A stretch of DNA of 64,000 nt from Psammoneis japonica (Eukaryota): positions 250,517-314,516 of the forward strand of contig QPGO01000075.1 in NCBI GenBank assembly GCA_008632985.1. Direction: 5' to 3'. The notes under the pieces were generated by a model. That model searched no databases, had not been told where the DNA came from, and saw nothing but the letters and a program-made list of their open reading frames with translations. Every line of letters begins with the position of its first letter. Positions within the stretch are counted from its first letter, which is position 1. Shown here piece after piece: positions 11,545 to 24,137 of the stretch. Position numbers and translations under genes: made by a program.

Positions 11545-12790
11545 CATGTATGTACGATTTGAGTCACTGATTCTTGGCTTGATCTGCATGATGAAGGCGT
11601 GGAGTACAGTACTTATTATAACGCACATGACTCCAGCCTATGATAAGGCATGTCTAAATCAATTCCTCGAAATGGCTGGAGTTCAATTGCATTGGTGGAT
11701 TTTTTTAATTTCTGGAAGCCTGTGCGTCAGTGACCTGGTTCTCTCTTTTAAGCTGTAGTGGAGTAAAAAGTGCTATCAGTAGTTTTTCGAAGAGTTCCTG
11801 GATACGAGGTGCTGTGATGCTTTAGTTCGTCAAATTTTACCTTGCTGCATTTATCGAAGGTACGCCCGGTAGTAATAAAGACACCTGACATCCTCAATTC
11901 TTCACTTAGTCTAGGTTGAAACCGAACCCAGCAATTGCCTTTACATGAGTGAGTTAACAAAGCTACAGTGTGATCAAATGATTTCCATTTCGATTCCCTG
12001 CCAGTCGTGTGTTTGTAGAGCTTTTCCATCGCCATGACGCAATTTGAGTAGAACTTGTGCTGGCCCAAAGGACAATCAAAGAACATTTGGCTGACAAATG
12101 TTGATGTCATTCATGTCAAATCCCAAGACAGACCACAAGAAACAATTCATCAAAGTTGCAAGCGCCAAGGGAAGTGGAAGAATCATCCCAGCAACACTGC
12201 ACAAAGCTGATCGCATGCCCATGTGGCTGGCTTGCAAGGAAAGTTTAGAGAGTGGTCAGAGGTTTGTTCTGTGAAAGGTCAGCTTGTCTCTCTTTTCCTG
12301 TGGCTGTTGTTGCCTTGTTGCAAAAATGATTCCTGTTCTTTTTGTTCAAAGATGTTGGATGAAGGAGCACTGCTGTCTGCATGTCTGTTGTGGCTGCTCT
12401 CATTGGAAAGACCCAAATGCTTCAAAGGAGAGTGGTCAGTCAACATGCCAAGGCAAAGCAATGTCAGTCATCTTTCTTGTAGAGTTGCACTCTCCATTGC
12501 AGTGGCAACAATCTTTGACAATGCAACACTGCATTGCAACCCAAACAATCCTCCCAAAACACAGCTTGGGCACTGCACTGTTTCCACTGGCACTTCCCCA
12601 AAGCCAGTGAGGAGCTTGACCACACACCCCAGTGTGACATGGTTTGTTGTTCTTGATCAACAGCTGGAGGGCATTTGCTCATGACATGTTGTCAGCATGC
12701 ATTGTCCAAAGTGAAACCACATTGGCCATTTGTGAAGAGAAGATGGTGACAGGTTTCAAGTCTGGAGCAATGCCAGTTGGATGAAATGGA
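11545..12790. pseudogene. Mosaic duplicate: tail of ORF 25659-26081 + SWEET 3' end + lipase 3' end, increasingly hypermutated rightwards
   Basis: 11550-11700 aligns to 25935-26080; 11945-12180 to 26176-26413; 12190-12790 to ~8490-9130. Confidence 0.8.
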
Positions 12791-13499
12791 GGCACAGAGT
12801 CAAAAACCACACATCAGGCTTGCAATCTCACAAGCGCTTCTCACACATGTCAGAGGCCACAATGTGGTGGAGGTTTTTGCTCTCCTTCACAAGCTCTTTT
12901 ACATTCATTTGCCAGCCAAAGGCACAATTCCCAGCAACAGTGTTTTGCACAGTGCATTTGCATTTCATGTTTCCATTTTGGTCTTAATTGGCTTTTCTGG
13001 AAAATGACTGCTCCAAGCACATTTGCTTTTTTGCTGTGCTTTCCATTGGATTTGTTCAATTGAATTTGGTTTTGGCTTTGTCTCCCCCCCCCCCTCATGT
13101 GCCTGTGTCATTGGCACACATGTGGTGCTTCACCATGTGACATGCTGCACCTTGTTGCCCCAGCACACACCATGCACCCACATTGCCTCTTGCTTTCCCA
13201 GATTTGCACACCACCTTGCTTGCCCTGTGGTGTTTTTAGCTTTTTTTTTTCATGAGCAATTTTTTGCACATGCAACCGCATTGTCCTTGTTGTCCGAGAG
13301 ACAACATCATCCATGTCACTTTGGGAGAACTTGGTGGTGGAGCTGCAAATCTGGGCTTTGCACTGGGCAAAATGGGGAGGTGGAGGCTGGTCTGGCTGGG
13401 CTCCTTGCCTGCTCATAGATGGGTGGATGCAACAAACCACTGGTGTCACTTGAGGCCATGAAATTTAGCAGGGCACTTCAGAGCTGCCCATGAAAGAAG

Positions 13500-14050
13500 G
13501 TGACTCAGTGAGTGTGCCATGACATGTGGCATCAATGGATTGTCATTGCACGTGTTGTTCTGCTCACATTTTCATTTTGCCTGTCATGTTTTCAGCATGG
13601 ACATCTGGGACTGCAAGTGCAGAAAGCAGCCCTTCCATGCCAATGCTCTGCATGACACAAGTTCTTTGACAACAGTTGTTCATTTGGGAAATCATGTTGT
13701 GGATCTTTCAGCATCCAGCAGTTGGGTCTGAACAGGTGTGAGTGATGGATGTGCTGTGCCGGCAAAGTGTGTCTGTGCATGATTCACCATTGCAAATGAT
13801 GGCTGACCAATCTTGCCAATTGATGGAGAGAAAACTTTTCCACCAATTGACGTGGCATCAGCCAGCCATGCACAAAAGCAATGTGGTTGTTGAAGATGGC
13901 ACCTGGGCAAGTGCAAAGTCTCAGTTGCTTCAGGATGGACTCTCCAGAGAGTGTTGCTGCTCCAGATCAGAACTTGGCACAAAAGGCAAGTGGCGATTGA
14001 GAAGTTTCACATCACACATCCCCTTTTGGCACTGAGACCAAACCAGCACC
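13500..14050 (+). mobile_element. Possible decayed DDE transposase fragment
   Basis: GVSDGCAVPAK (~13735) then, frameshifted, PAMHKSNVVVEDG..AK: loosely the SDGCxxQYK...HxK...DG pattern of some eukaryotic DNA transposases. Heavily degraded. Confidence 0.3.
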
Positions 14051-17000
14051 CATTGTTCTTCTTGACCAGCTTGTGGGCAACTCTTTGTGCTGGAGGACAA
14101 CACATGTGAAACAACAGCTTTCAGTGCTGCAAGGTGACACCATCAGATTCCAGTTCATGTGAATCCAAAGCAACCTGAAGCTTTTGAGTCCTGGGGAGTT
14201 GGGCACATGCGTTGTCATCACTGAGACAGAGATTGCAAGCAAGCTCAGCCAAGTGACCTGCCATCACCAATTTCTTAGACCAAAGAGTCTTGCCAAGAAC
14301 TTTAGACTCAGAGTTGTTTTCCATTTGAGTTGAACATTGCCAAACTGTTTGTGAAAAATGTCAATGGCAGCAAACAAATTAAGAAGAGTGTGTCATTGGC
14401 ATTTTGGTTGGATTTGAGGAAACAGGAGTGGGCTGGAAGGGAAGGTGCACGTGCCTTTGTGCAGGCACAAATTCATCAACAGCTCACCACCAGCAAAGGC
14501 CATGGCAAAAATGCCATGGCAGAAGAAAAAGAAGGGTGCATCTGCCGCTGATGAGCTGCTCCCAAGTCCAAGGGTGGTGGTGGCATTGGAGCAGATGGGA
14601 GCAAGTGGAGGGCTCCAGTCTCTCAAGAAAGAAGTGGAGGAGGTGGCTTGGAAAGTGCTGTTTCCAAAAGCAAGTTCCTCACTGAGGCAGACACATGTCA
14701 AGCAGTGGAAAGGTTTCATGGTCAATGCATGAGAACACAGCTGGCAAATTCAGCAAGCAAGGCTGGGTGGAAAAGTGGAAAGACTGGGCAAAAAGAAGTG
14801 CGTTCTAAATGCAATCAACACAAAAAGGAACACCTGCACAACTGGGCCAAAAGAGGTTGAGAATGATGCTGCTGACACATCCAAAGTCATGTTGACAGAA
14901 GAACAATCTCAGGAAATGCTTGGGCAGAATCACAGTGGTGGGGTCCCAGCAAAAGAAAAAGGAGAAAGAACACAAGGAAAAAAGGCAAGAAGAAGAAGAG
15001 GGCTGAGCCCATTGAAGTGCCATTTGTGCCAACTTGGGGGACAGGACTGTCAAAAACCATTGTGGGTGAGAAATGGAAAAAAGTGTGGGTGTGGTTGTGT
15101 GACAATGCACTGAAATTTTCCAAGAGCACTGTGGTGTGCAGAAAGATGGTGGAGTCAGGACACAGTGCAAGGATGTGGAGCTGACTGCAGCAAGTGACAA
15201 GGCTCTGGGGCTGTCAACATGTTGGAAAACTGCTGCTGGAGCATTTGGAAATGCAAGGCAAGGAAGGAACAGAAGATTCAACAGGGAGATGCAGACAACG
15301 ACAAGGGAGAGAATGAGAAACCACCACAGCACAACAATCCACACAAGCCTGGCAAAACGTTGGGAATTGCAGGGAGATGCAGGAATGGAGCAATTGAAGA
15401 AGCTGCATGATGAGGTGAAGAAAGACAGGGCAAGGGATGCAGGGGTGCAGTTCAACACAGGGCACATCAACAACAAGAAGGGACAAAGCAGCTGGAAGGG
15501 CAAAAGTGTCACAACCAAGATAAAAATGGCCCAGAAGGCAGCAAAAAGCAAGCAACACTTGAGCTGTCTAGAAAGACAACAAGGACAATGCAGAAGACAA
15601 AAAAGACAAAACTGTGAAGAAGAAAACCTGAGTGATGATGATGAGGGAGACACAAACAAAACTGCAATCTGGCACAGGAAGCACCTCTTTGCTGCCATGC
15701 ATTTGCTTGCAGCAACAGCTGACAGCAAAAGCAGCAAATCAGCAAATCATTGACACTCATTTGAAGCACGCATTGCATCAGTGTCTTAAAACACAAAAAA
15801 TTAAATGAGATGTTTTGAATGCCATGATTTTGGTTCACAGATTTTGCAGGGGTGGAGGGTGAGCAACCTTGCAGGGATGAACCATGGTTGTTTCACAGCA
15901 ACTCAAGTTTTCCTCACCATGTGGAGGGGGGCAGGAGAACTCCCACAGCGTGGAAACTTTTGTCTGTCACATTCAACAAGGGTTCAACATGTGCACAACC
16001 AGCCAACTGTCATGGCACAATCTTTCAACAATGTGATGGTTGGATGATTGCTGCTCTGAGACAGGCCCAGGCAGACTCTGTTGCCTCAATGTGTGCTCAG
16101 ATGCAGCACATCACAGCTGTCATGCGGATGACAGCAGAGCCTTCCACAGAGTGTGCATTCTTGGTCTGGGACAGAAAGTCACCGCTGGACAAAGATCATG
16201 TGGTGACTTTCTTCTGGGTCTCTTGAGCCAAGCTGGCAAGCTGTTCTTTTGTCCCAAACATGCACATCCACACAATTTTGGAATTTTGGCATTTTTTTCT
16301 GGGCAAACCTGCTGGCTGCCACAAACACAACATCAGCTGTGGATGGCAAAAGCAAGAAGAGTGGCAGCTGTTTCTTGGTGTCTGGTCACCACAGCATCAC
16401 AGGGGGACTTTCCTTGTTGTCCACATCAGGTCACACAAGTTGGAAATGAAATGGAAGAGCAACTTGAGAACTTGTCTTTTGCAGTGAATGCCATCCCTCA
16501 TCCTGAAGAGCCACTGGACAACTCTTGTTTGATGATGACAAATTTGCAGTGGATGCCCCCCCCCCCCCCCCCCCAGAGGCATCAGATGACTTTCAGATGA
16601 CAAAAAAGTCAGCAATTTTGCTGCTGGTTGTCTCAAGAAAAAAGCAACGTGTCCACAACACCCATGAGGAATGAACAGCAGCATTGGCAGTTGGCAGCTT
16701 TTTTTCATGTGGATCCAGCAGAGCACAGGGACAACAACTGCATCAAGTGGTGGCTCAGCTGTCAGCTGTTTCTTGTGATGGCAGCATGACAAAGACAACT
16801 TTGGGCAAGTCTGATGAGCACAACATGTGTGTGTTTCCTTTTTTCAGGGGTTTCATGCAACCTGTGAGCAAGCACACCTGGTGTTGCCAGAAGGCAACAC
16901 TCTCCCACATTTGCTGCCTTCTTCTTCATTGGAGCAAGGCTCTTTGCATTTTGGCCACTCCTTGACACACAAAGGTTGAGAAAGACAGCCTCAAGCAGAC

Positions 17001-17439
17001 TTGATGTGCTGCATGAAAATCTTCATTGCAAGTCAGCCTGACAAAGTCACCCCCAAGCACAGCTGTTCAAGGCCAAACATTTTTGACATTTGCTGCAATC
17101 AGCAGTCAGTGCCCCAATTGAAGAGAAGCACCTGCCATTCCAAGTGACTCAAAGTTCATTGCACCAGATGAATCATGACTTTTAATGACACAGCAACAGG
17201 GCTGCTGCTTTTTGACTGCTCTGCTGAAACAAAGCAACTCTTTTGCACCCGACCCTCCTGTGATGAAGGTGTGCAGCACACACAACCACATGACAGGCAA
17301 ATGAGAGTCGGCAACAAGGAGCCAGCAGAAGCAAAACAGTGGAGGCTCTTGTTGTTGATGGAGCACCACAAATGGGCCCACATCTGCATGTGTCGACAAA
17401 GTGCACTTTTGCTGTTTGGCCATCAGAGGAGACCAGTGG

Positions 17440-17630
17440 TTGACAACACACAAAATGCTTGCAAGGGCCTCAATGCACGAGACATGGGGGAAGCAGCTGT
17501 GGCAACCTGACAGACATGTGTGCTGTTGTCAAGTGTTTGACAAAGCACAATGCTTGCAAGGGCTTCAATGCATGAGACATGGGAAGCAGCTGTGGTGGTG
17601 ACCTGGCAGACATGTGTGCAGTTGTCAATG
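17440..17630. repeat. Two imperfect ~95-bp tandem copies
   Basis: aatgcttgcaagggc[c/t]tcaatgca[c/t]gagacatggg..aagcagctgtgg..acctg[a/g]cagacatgtgtgc[t/a]gttgtcaa occurs twice. Confidence 0.8.
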
Positions 17631-20600
17631 AATGGACTCAGCTGCAATTGGCCATTTTTGAAGGATGATTTTCTCAAGATCCAAAATCTGTGATGTTTTG
17701 CAATGTTTTGAGGGGCATCCATGACTGAAGCCTGCACTGTCCCATCAAAACTTTGCAGCACCCACACCCAGCAGCAGCATCTCAGATTGGTCCGCACAAT
17801 GACAATGCCTGTGCGTGCAGCACCTGTGACCTCTTCTTGTCACACAAGGAGAAAAAGCAATGTGTTTGCAGCTGGGGTCCAAAGTGCCATGAGATCCAAG
17901 AGAGCATTTGTGCTTGAGCCAAAGTGGGCAAAGATGAGCCTTGTTCTGGGCAATTTGTGCATCTGCAACTTGGAGGAGGCAAGCTGAAGAAAGCAGAGAA
18001 ATGGAAAGAGAAGCAGCACTGGTGAACCTTGGAATGTCTTGTGATGCGCAATTGACAACTTCTTGGTTCAGATTCTTGTTGCAAGTTGTCATTGGACCAT
18101 CAGTCAACTGTGCTCTTTTGATGGTGGCAAGAAACCATCTGCACCCCTGCCCTCAGTGCTGACAATGACAGCTCTCAAGGAGGTGGGTCAACTGTTGGCA
18201 CTTTGTGAAGAAGAGTTCTGATGAGGCATGTTTTTGCTGTCCTGGTGTGCCAATGAAGTCATTGTTGACAAAGATGAGGAAGTTGCCATGCAGCATGTGC
18301 AACCAAACACTGGACAAGCACAAGGCATTTGCAAAGCTGAAGGGTGACCAAGAGAGATTCAGCCAACTTGCTCTTGGCATTTTTTTTCAATGATGGAAAA
18401 ACATTGCATGATGACAAAGAAAACAAGACTTCAAAAGCACAATGCAGTCAGAAACAATTAAAGAGAAAGCTCAAGATGCATGCCAGGAGATGTCCCTGCT
18501 GAAACAAAGCAACTGGATGAGCACACACAGGAAGTGCAAAAAGCTGAAGCATCCAATGCCAGTGCAGCTGAGCCTTCATTTGATGGCTGCAATGTTGAAG
18601 ACTTTGCTGCAGATTTTCTCAATTCAAATTCTGCCACTTGTTGTCAACTTGCACCACCCAAATGGTTCATGCTGCTGACAATTCAACAGCTTGCAAGGGA
18701 CACATTTGGGCTTCACAGTTTCAAGGAGATGAAACATTGCATCTCCTGCTTCTTTGTTGATGCACCACTTCTTGTTTCTGAAATCCATTTTGATGGAAAT
18801 GGAAGAAAACTAAAATGTGATGCAACCAATCCAATGAAATTTGAACAGCTGCTGATTGTGGAGCACGTCATGCAGTGCCGCCCAGTGTGAAAGATTGCCA
18901 GAGCTGCTTTTGGCATGTCACATTGATGTCCAGTGAAGAGACATGTTAAAAATGGGCACCACAGTTCTTTTGATTCTCCTGATGCTGCACGATCGCTTTG
19001 ATGGAAGTGTTGGACAGGTTTGCTGAAAGGCTGCTTGACTTGGCAGCTTTTCTTTTTGACAGAAAAGACACTCCTGCAGAAACAAGGTGCAAAGACAATG
19101 CTGCAGGTTCCACACAAGCCAGCTTAAAAAAGCACTGTTTGTCAAGTGCAGTTTGTGAACTTTGTCACAGCATGCGCACTCTCACATGAGCACAATTGGG
19201 TGCACAGAGCTTGAGTGGATGAGGACAAATTGGCAGCATTGACTGGTGAGTGCAGAGAAGAGACACCAGTGCAATGGTGAAAGACCATGCTGTGCATGAC
19301 CTGCACTGCAGTGTGCCAAAGCACATTGGACAGCACTTGATGATTTGGAAGTTGGAGATTGGCTCAGTGCTTTGGTTGAATCAATTGATCCAGTGAAGTT
19401 AGATGGCAAAAAGGAAAATGGCACAATGAACCACATTTGGGTTGGAGCTGTTGAACATTCTCAAGAGTCTGGAAACAGCCTCATCAACCACACAAGCACA
19501 CACAGCCAAGATGTTGAATGCTCTGAAGAGTTTGACAGCAATGACTCTTGCAGCACTGGTCATGAGTTCAACTGGACAGAGACATGAGTGTTGGCTGGGG
19601 TGAAAAAGAATTCTTGCAACAACATCCTCTGCAGAATTCAGCAACCCTGACAGCAATGGTGAGGAGTTTCAAAGTGTGAGCACGTTCTTCTTGAGTGCAA
19701 ACAATGGCTCAACAAAAGAACTGAGAGAGTTGAAAAAGTAAAAAAGCTCAAAGATGCCAAAGTTGACAAGGTTGTGCTGCTTGTCTGTGAAGACCAGGCC
19801 TTGCAAAAAGCTCAAAATGAAAAGGTGCTGGCTTGCTCACTGCAAAATGATCCACATGCAGAGTCATTTCTTCAGCAACTTGAGCTGTTTGAGAGGCTCC
19901 CCAAGCTGCATGACTTGAAGGCCAACCCCGCCAGCAAAGCATGGCAAGTGCCTGCTTTGAAATGACAAAAGAGCATTGCTGGGATCTTCTCTGCTGGATT
20001 TGAAGCAAACTGACTCAGCCACACTGCAAAATGTGCAACCCAGAGTCACCTCTGGAAGTCCACTTGTGCCTGCACAAAATCCTGCCAAACAGCTTGGCGA
20101 CAAAGGTTTTGAGAAGGCAGAGCACCATTTTCTGCATTTCAATTGAGCACATGTGCCTCAAGTCTTGCAGCTGTGAACAGCCAGACAATGCAACACAAGC
20201 TTGAACTTTGACTTGGAGACAAGAAGGACATTTGCAGGGTGTGGCACCCAAGGAAGTGACTTTTTCTCAGTTCATTGCTGTGAATGGTCTCAGTGATGAC
20301 ATCTGATGCAATGATTTTACCAGTGCTGTTCCATGCATGTGGGAATGGGGCAGTCAGAAATGAACCTTGGCTTGCCACTCTGGTGGTCATGGGCTGACAG
20401 CAGTCTTCTTCCTCTCATCTGTTGGAACTGAGAATTGAGCAATGACTGAAAACAGTTGTCCACATTTTTTGGAGCTGGTTCATCTGTGGTGGTCACTTTC
20501 TGTTTCTTGCTGCTGTGCTTTGCTTTCTCTTGCACCACCATTGGTTCCGTCAAGAGTGTCACTTTGTCAATTGGAGATGGGGGCATTGTTTTTCAAAAGT

Positions 20601-20639
20601 GTCTCTGTTGGCATGATGCTGCATTTGGCAGAACATGAA

Positions 20640-22420
20640 AAGTGCTGCAAGAGGAGCATGTGCAAACACACTGCTTGTCCATTGTGGCATCAAGAGTGGC
20701 ATGAAAAAGGGTGTGACAAAAATTGTTTTGCATTGGTGTTGAAGCCCAAGCACAGCATGTGTGACCTTCTTGTGTCTTTTTTTGCTCCGCTGATTGCAGA
20801 TTTGATGACACTGCTTCTGTCTTCATGGATGGAATGCAACAAAGTTTGAACAGCCACACCAAACTGCCCTTGGCAAGCATCTTTTGCAGATGCAAAAGTT
20901 CATTGCAGCACTGGGCAAACTGCCACCTTGCTGCAGCAAAAAACCTCATTCAAGGTCATGTTCATTGCCTTTTTGGTGGAATTTCTTAACCAAACTTGGA
21001 AGCATTGAATCAAGCTCCACACAATCACAACAACAACTGTGGTCCCAACCCGTGGTTTTGTTTGCCAGCATCACAACCTTGTGAACCATCCATTTTCCAA
21101 TTTGCAGTGAGATTTTCTCCAGCTCTGGGGCTTTTTTTGTTGACATTGATCTTCTCACAGCCAACTCCAATTCCAACTGATCACCAGCAACAGGGCAGCT
21201 GAGTTGAACAGACATGACCCCAACACTGCAACACATGAGTTTGCACACATGGAATGGGCATGGCTTTGAAATCAAGCCAAGCACACAAAGGGGTGGCTCC
21301 TTCCCAACAAATTGCTCATTGTTGGATGCACTGCACAAAGGGGCCAAAAATTTCTTGCTCAATGGCTCACCTTTTTAAAAAGGCTCAATGACCCTTCAAA
21401 CTGCCATGACATCCAGCAGTCTGTGACAGCATCAGAGAATGACTCAACAGGGTTGAAGCCAACGACACTTCCCCAAGACAAAATGTGACAGTCTCCTGCA
21501 TTTCCTTCCAGTGGATTCAGTCAAACAAGATCATCATTTTTGTCAAGGACTGGGCAGTGCATGAACAGCACCACAGACTTGTCAAAGTTCTCAGTGCACA
21601 GTGCAGCCCACTGTGGGTTTGCAGCCTGTTGAAATGCTTTCTTGATTGCTTTTGCTGCAGTGTGTCTCCACCAGACCAATCTGTGCCAGCCAGCCTTGAA
21701 AGAATGCTCTTGAAGATTCTTTGAAACCCCATGTTTTTCATTTGCATTGGCTGCAGTCTGAGCCAAGAAGATTTGTCATTGCCATCCAGTGTTTGAAGTC
21801 ATGAGCACTGATGGGACAACTGGCAGGCAACAAGTCCTCCTTTCACACACTTTCCATGCACCAAACTGTGTGTCAACCTCAGAACAAACAACTTTGCCCC
21901 CCTGGAATGACAGCATCACCTTCTTTGTCCATCACAACACCATCAGTGCAACCATCTGCCTTCATTTTGACAAGTTGGTGCTCAGCCTCATGCGCACCAT
22001 GAGTTCACTCTGGACTCCATTGCACCAAGCACAGGTGCCACACTGGCAATTGATTGACACCTGGCAAAGTGTTGCACAGATCCCTTGCTCTTTGCAATGA
22101 TTGGTGTTGGTCAACCTCAGCAATGATGTTGCTGGCTTTGCCTTTCTGCGTGCACTTGTCCACCCATGCCTCTGCTTTTTAATCTTGTTGTTTTGTGCAG
22201 CCCTTGCTGCGCTCTTTGCTGGATGCCTTGCCCCATCAAAAACACAAAAGGAGACACCCCAGCTGAGACAAGCTTGTGGTGCACACAGACTTGACAGCTC
22301 CCAACAAACTCTTTGGCAGCTGTGGTGGCTGTGACAGGAGATGCTGCATTTGTGCAGGCACACCGATGTGTTGATCCCAGCTCTTTTTGGACTGGCCTCA
22401 ACAAGTGATGCAAACTGCAC
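20640..22420 (-). pseudogene. Decayed XPG/FEN1/EXO1-family nuclease followed by a SWIM-like Zn finger (probably TE-borne)
   Basis: In order on the minus strand, across frameshifts: GINTSVCLHK (22349-22378), FCVFDGARHPAK (22214-22249), GAHEAEHQLVKM..DG..DGVV..GDAVI.GG (~22000-21890), LLGSDC (21753-21770, H3TH LLGxDY), PFSCHS*CHNGQAVCLHML (20655-20713). Confidence 0.65.
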
Positions 22421-24137
22421 TTTGTTGACATTGCCAAGGGCTTTGGCCCATGGGTCACCAATTTCTGTTGGAGGGCATTTGTCCCACAATTTTGGGAAGC
22501 TGCTCCTGGTGTTGGTCTTGCTGAACTCCCTGCACCCAGTCTTCAGCCAGAAAGGAGCAACTGACCGGATCTTCTCAGATGCTTTGGACATTGTTGAGGT
22601 CATTTTTTCTGTGCTGTTTGACCCCTCATCTTCTGGCTGACAGGCTCCACAATCATCACATCAATGTCCCAGGCACCGGCAAGAGAGGCTCATGTTGTGG
22701 CTTGTTGTTTCCCTGCCTTTTGTTGGTGACAGGAGTCACTCTGTCCCGTGTCATGCATCCAAGCTTTTGGTTTCTCAAGAAACTTGCAAATGCTGTCTCA
22801 GAGACTCCAGTGCTGTCTGCACTTGGTCTCTTCAATTGCTTTGGCTGGTGCGCCAAACAATGGTCGAGGAAGTGTCACCTGCCTCACAATTGTTGAACCC
22901 TTTCATCCAGCCACACAGCTCACGAGCTTTGCTGGATGTGCTTGGAACAATTCCAGCAGTGCAAAGTCAAGAACAAGCAACCCTTGAGGCATTTCAAGGC
23001 ATCTCCTTCATTTCAGATTGGGCGCGAGTCATGTTTCATGCAGTGTTCTTGAGTGGTTTGGACGAAATGGCAAATGGCCCATGTTGCTCCGGCCGCTGAT
23101 GCCAGCAACCATGAGGATGGTGCAGCACACATGTGAAAGCCCATTGACTGGTGGCACCTTGCTCCAGAGCATGAAGGGCCCCACTGGTGCTGCAAAGAGC
23201 CCACAATCACAGGCTGTCCATGACCAATTGCAGCATTCCAAAATGTGTTTGTTCTGTTGATCATGTGCAACAGCTTTGAGCTTTTCAAAGTCCAACCAGC
23301 TGGCAAGCCATGATGTGGAATCACTGTTTTCTCTCTGCGTGCAGTGGCAGAATTCTTTTCAATGTCCCCAACACATCCAGAGCACAGCCACATCATTTTC
23401 TTGGTCTTCAACCCTCGCAGATTTTCTGCCAGAGAGAGAGCTCAAGTCTCATGACACATCTCTTGAACATCAACACCAGCAGGTGGATGGCCAAAGCCAA
23501 AGCAATTCATTCCAGCCTCTTCAAAAGCAGCCTCAGCCAACACAATGAAAGAGGTGGCAATGAGGTCAACAAGCAACGAGTCTTCCCCTGGAGATCCCAT
23601 GTGTGGAACGAGAGCAAGATCCATTGAGGGTGACGTTGACTGGGCCTTCTGCAGTGCTGCCTTTTTTACCAGAAGATGCTCCCAGCCACCTTGCTCGTGC
23701 AACATTTGCAACTTCACATGATTGATGCTTGTAAAACATGTGGATGCATGACCAAGCTGTTGCAAAGCAGAGTCTGCACCCCGGTGCTTCCTGGCCCTTT
23801 TCTGCTGCGAGCAGCACCAAGCAAAAGCAACAAACTTCTCTCTAGAAAAGAGGGAAAGAGGGGGATGGAGAGAGGGCATGAAGCACAAGTGGAGTGCTTT
23901 AGAAAAGGAACAGGTCAAGATTTCAAGACTTGAGAATGTCCATGAATTCATCATGTGCCGAAGCCATGCCAACGAAAATGATTGCTGTGTTGAAATAAAA
24001 TGACGCATCCTGCCGGGCGAAAGACAGGTGGTGCGATGCTGACCGGCGCACGCAGCATCATGCCGCCCATGATGGTGTCACAGTTTATCGCGTTGCTGCA
24101 TCATCATCGTCCCTGAACAACAGCACGGCATCATGTC

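Noticed and set aside
14775..15753. Lys/Glu-rich ORF with a CHLC zinc-knuckle-like motif as a gene
   Set aside because: Broken and hypermutated; may be a TE ORF remnant but cannot be assigned.
16556..16574. 19-nt poly-C run as a functional G-quadruplex or telomere-like element
   Set aside because: Isolated homopolymer in decayed DNA with no supporting context; length is error-prone.
22700..23500. YqaJ-like exonuclease remnant upstream of the XPG fossil
   Set aside because: Only vague resemblance (CDCGLFA); catalytic motifs not recoverable.
12800..24000. Dozens of overlapping 60-310-aa ORFs as real genes, or an alternative genetic code
   Set aside because: Explained by loss of TAA/TAG; they overlap in all frames without coherent domains. 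Neighbouring genes use standard stops and Tyr codons.
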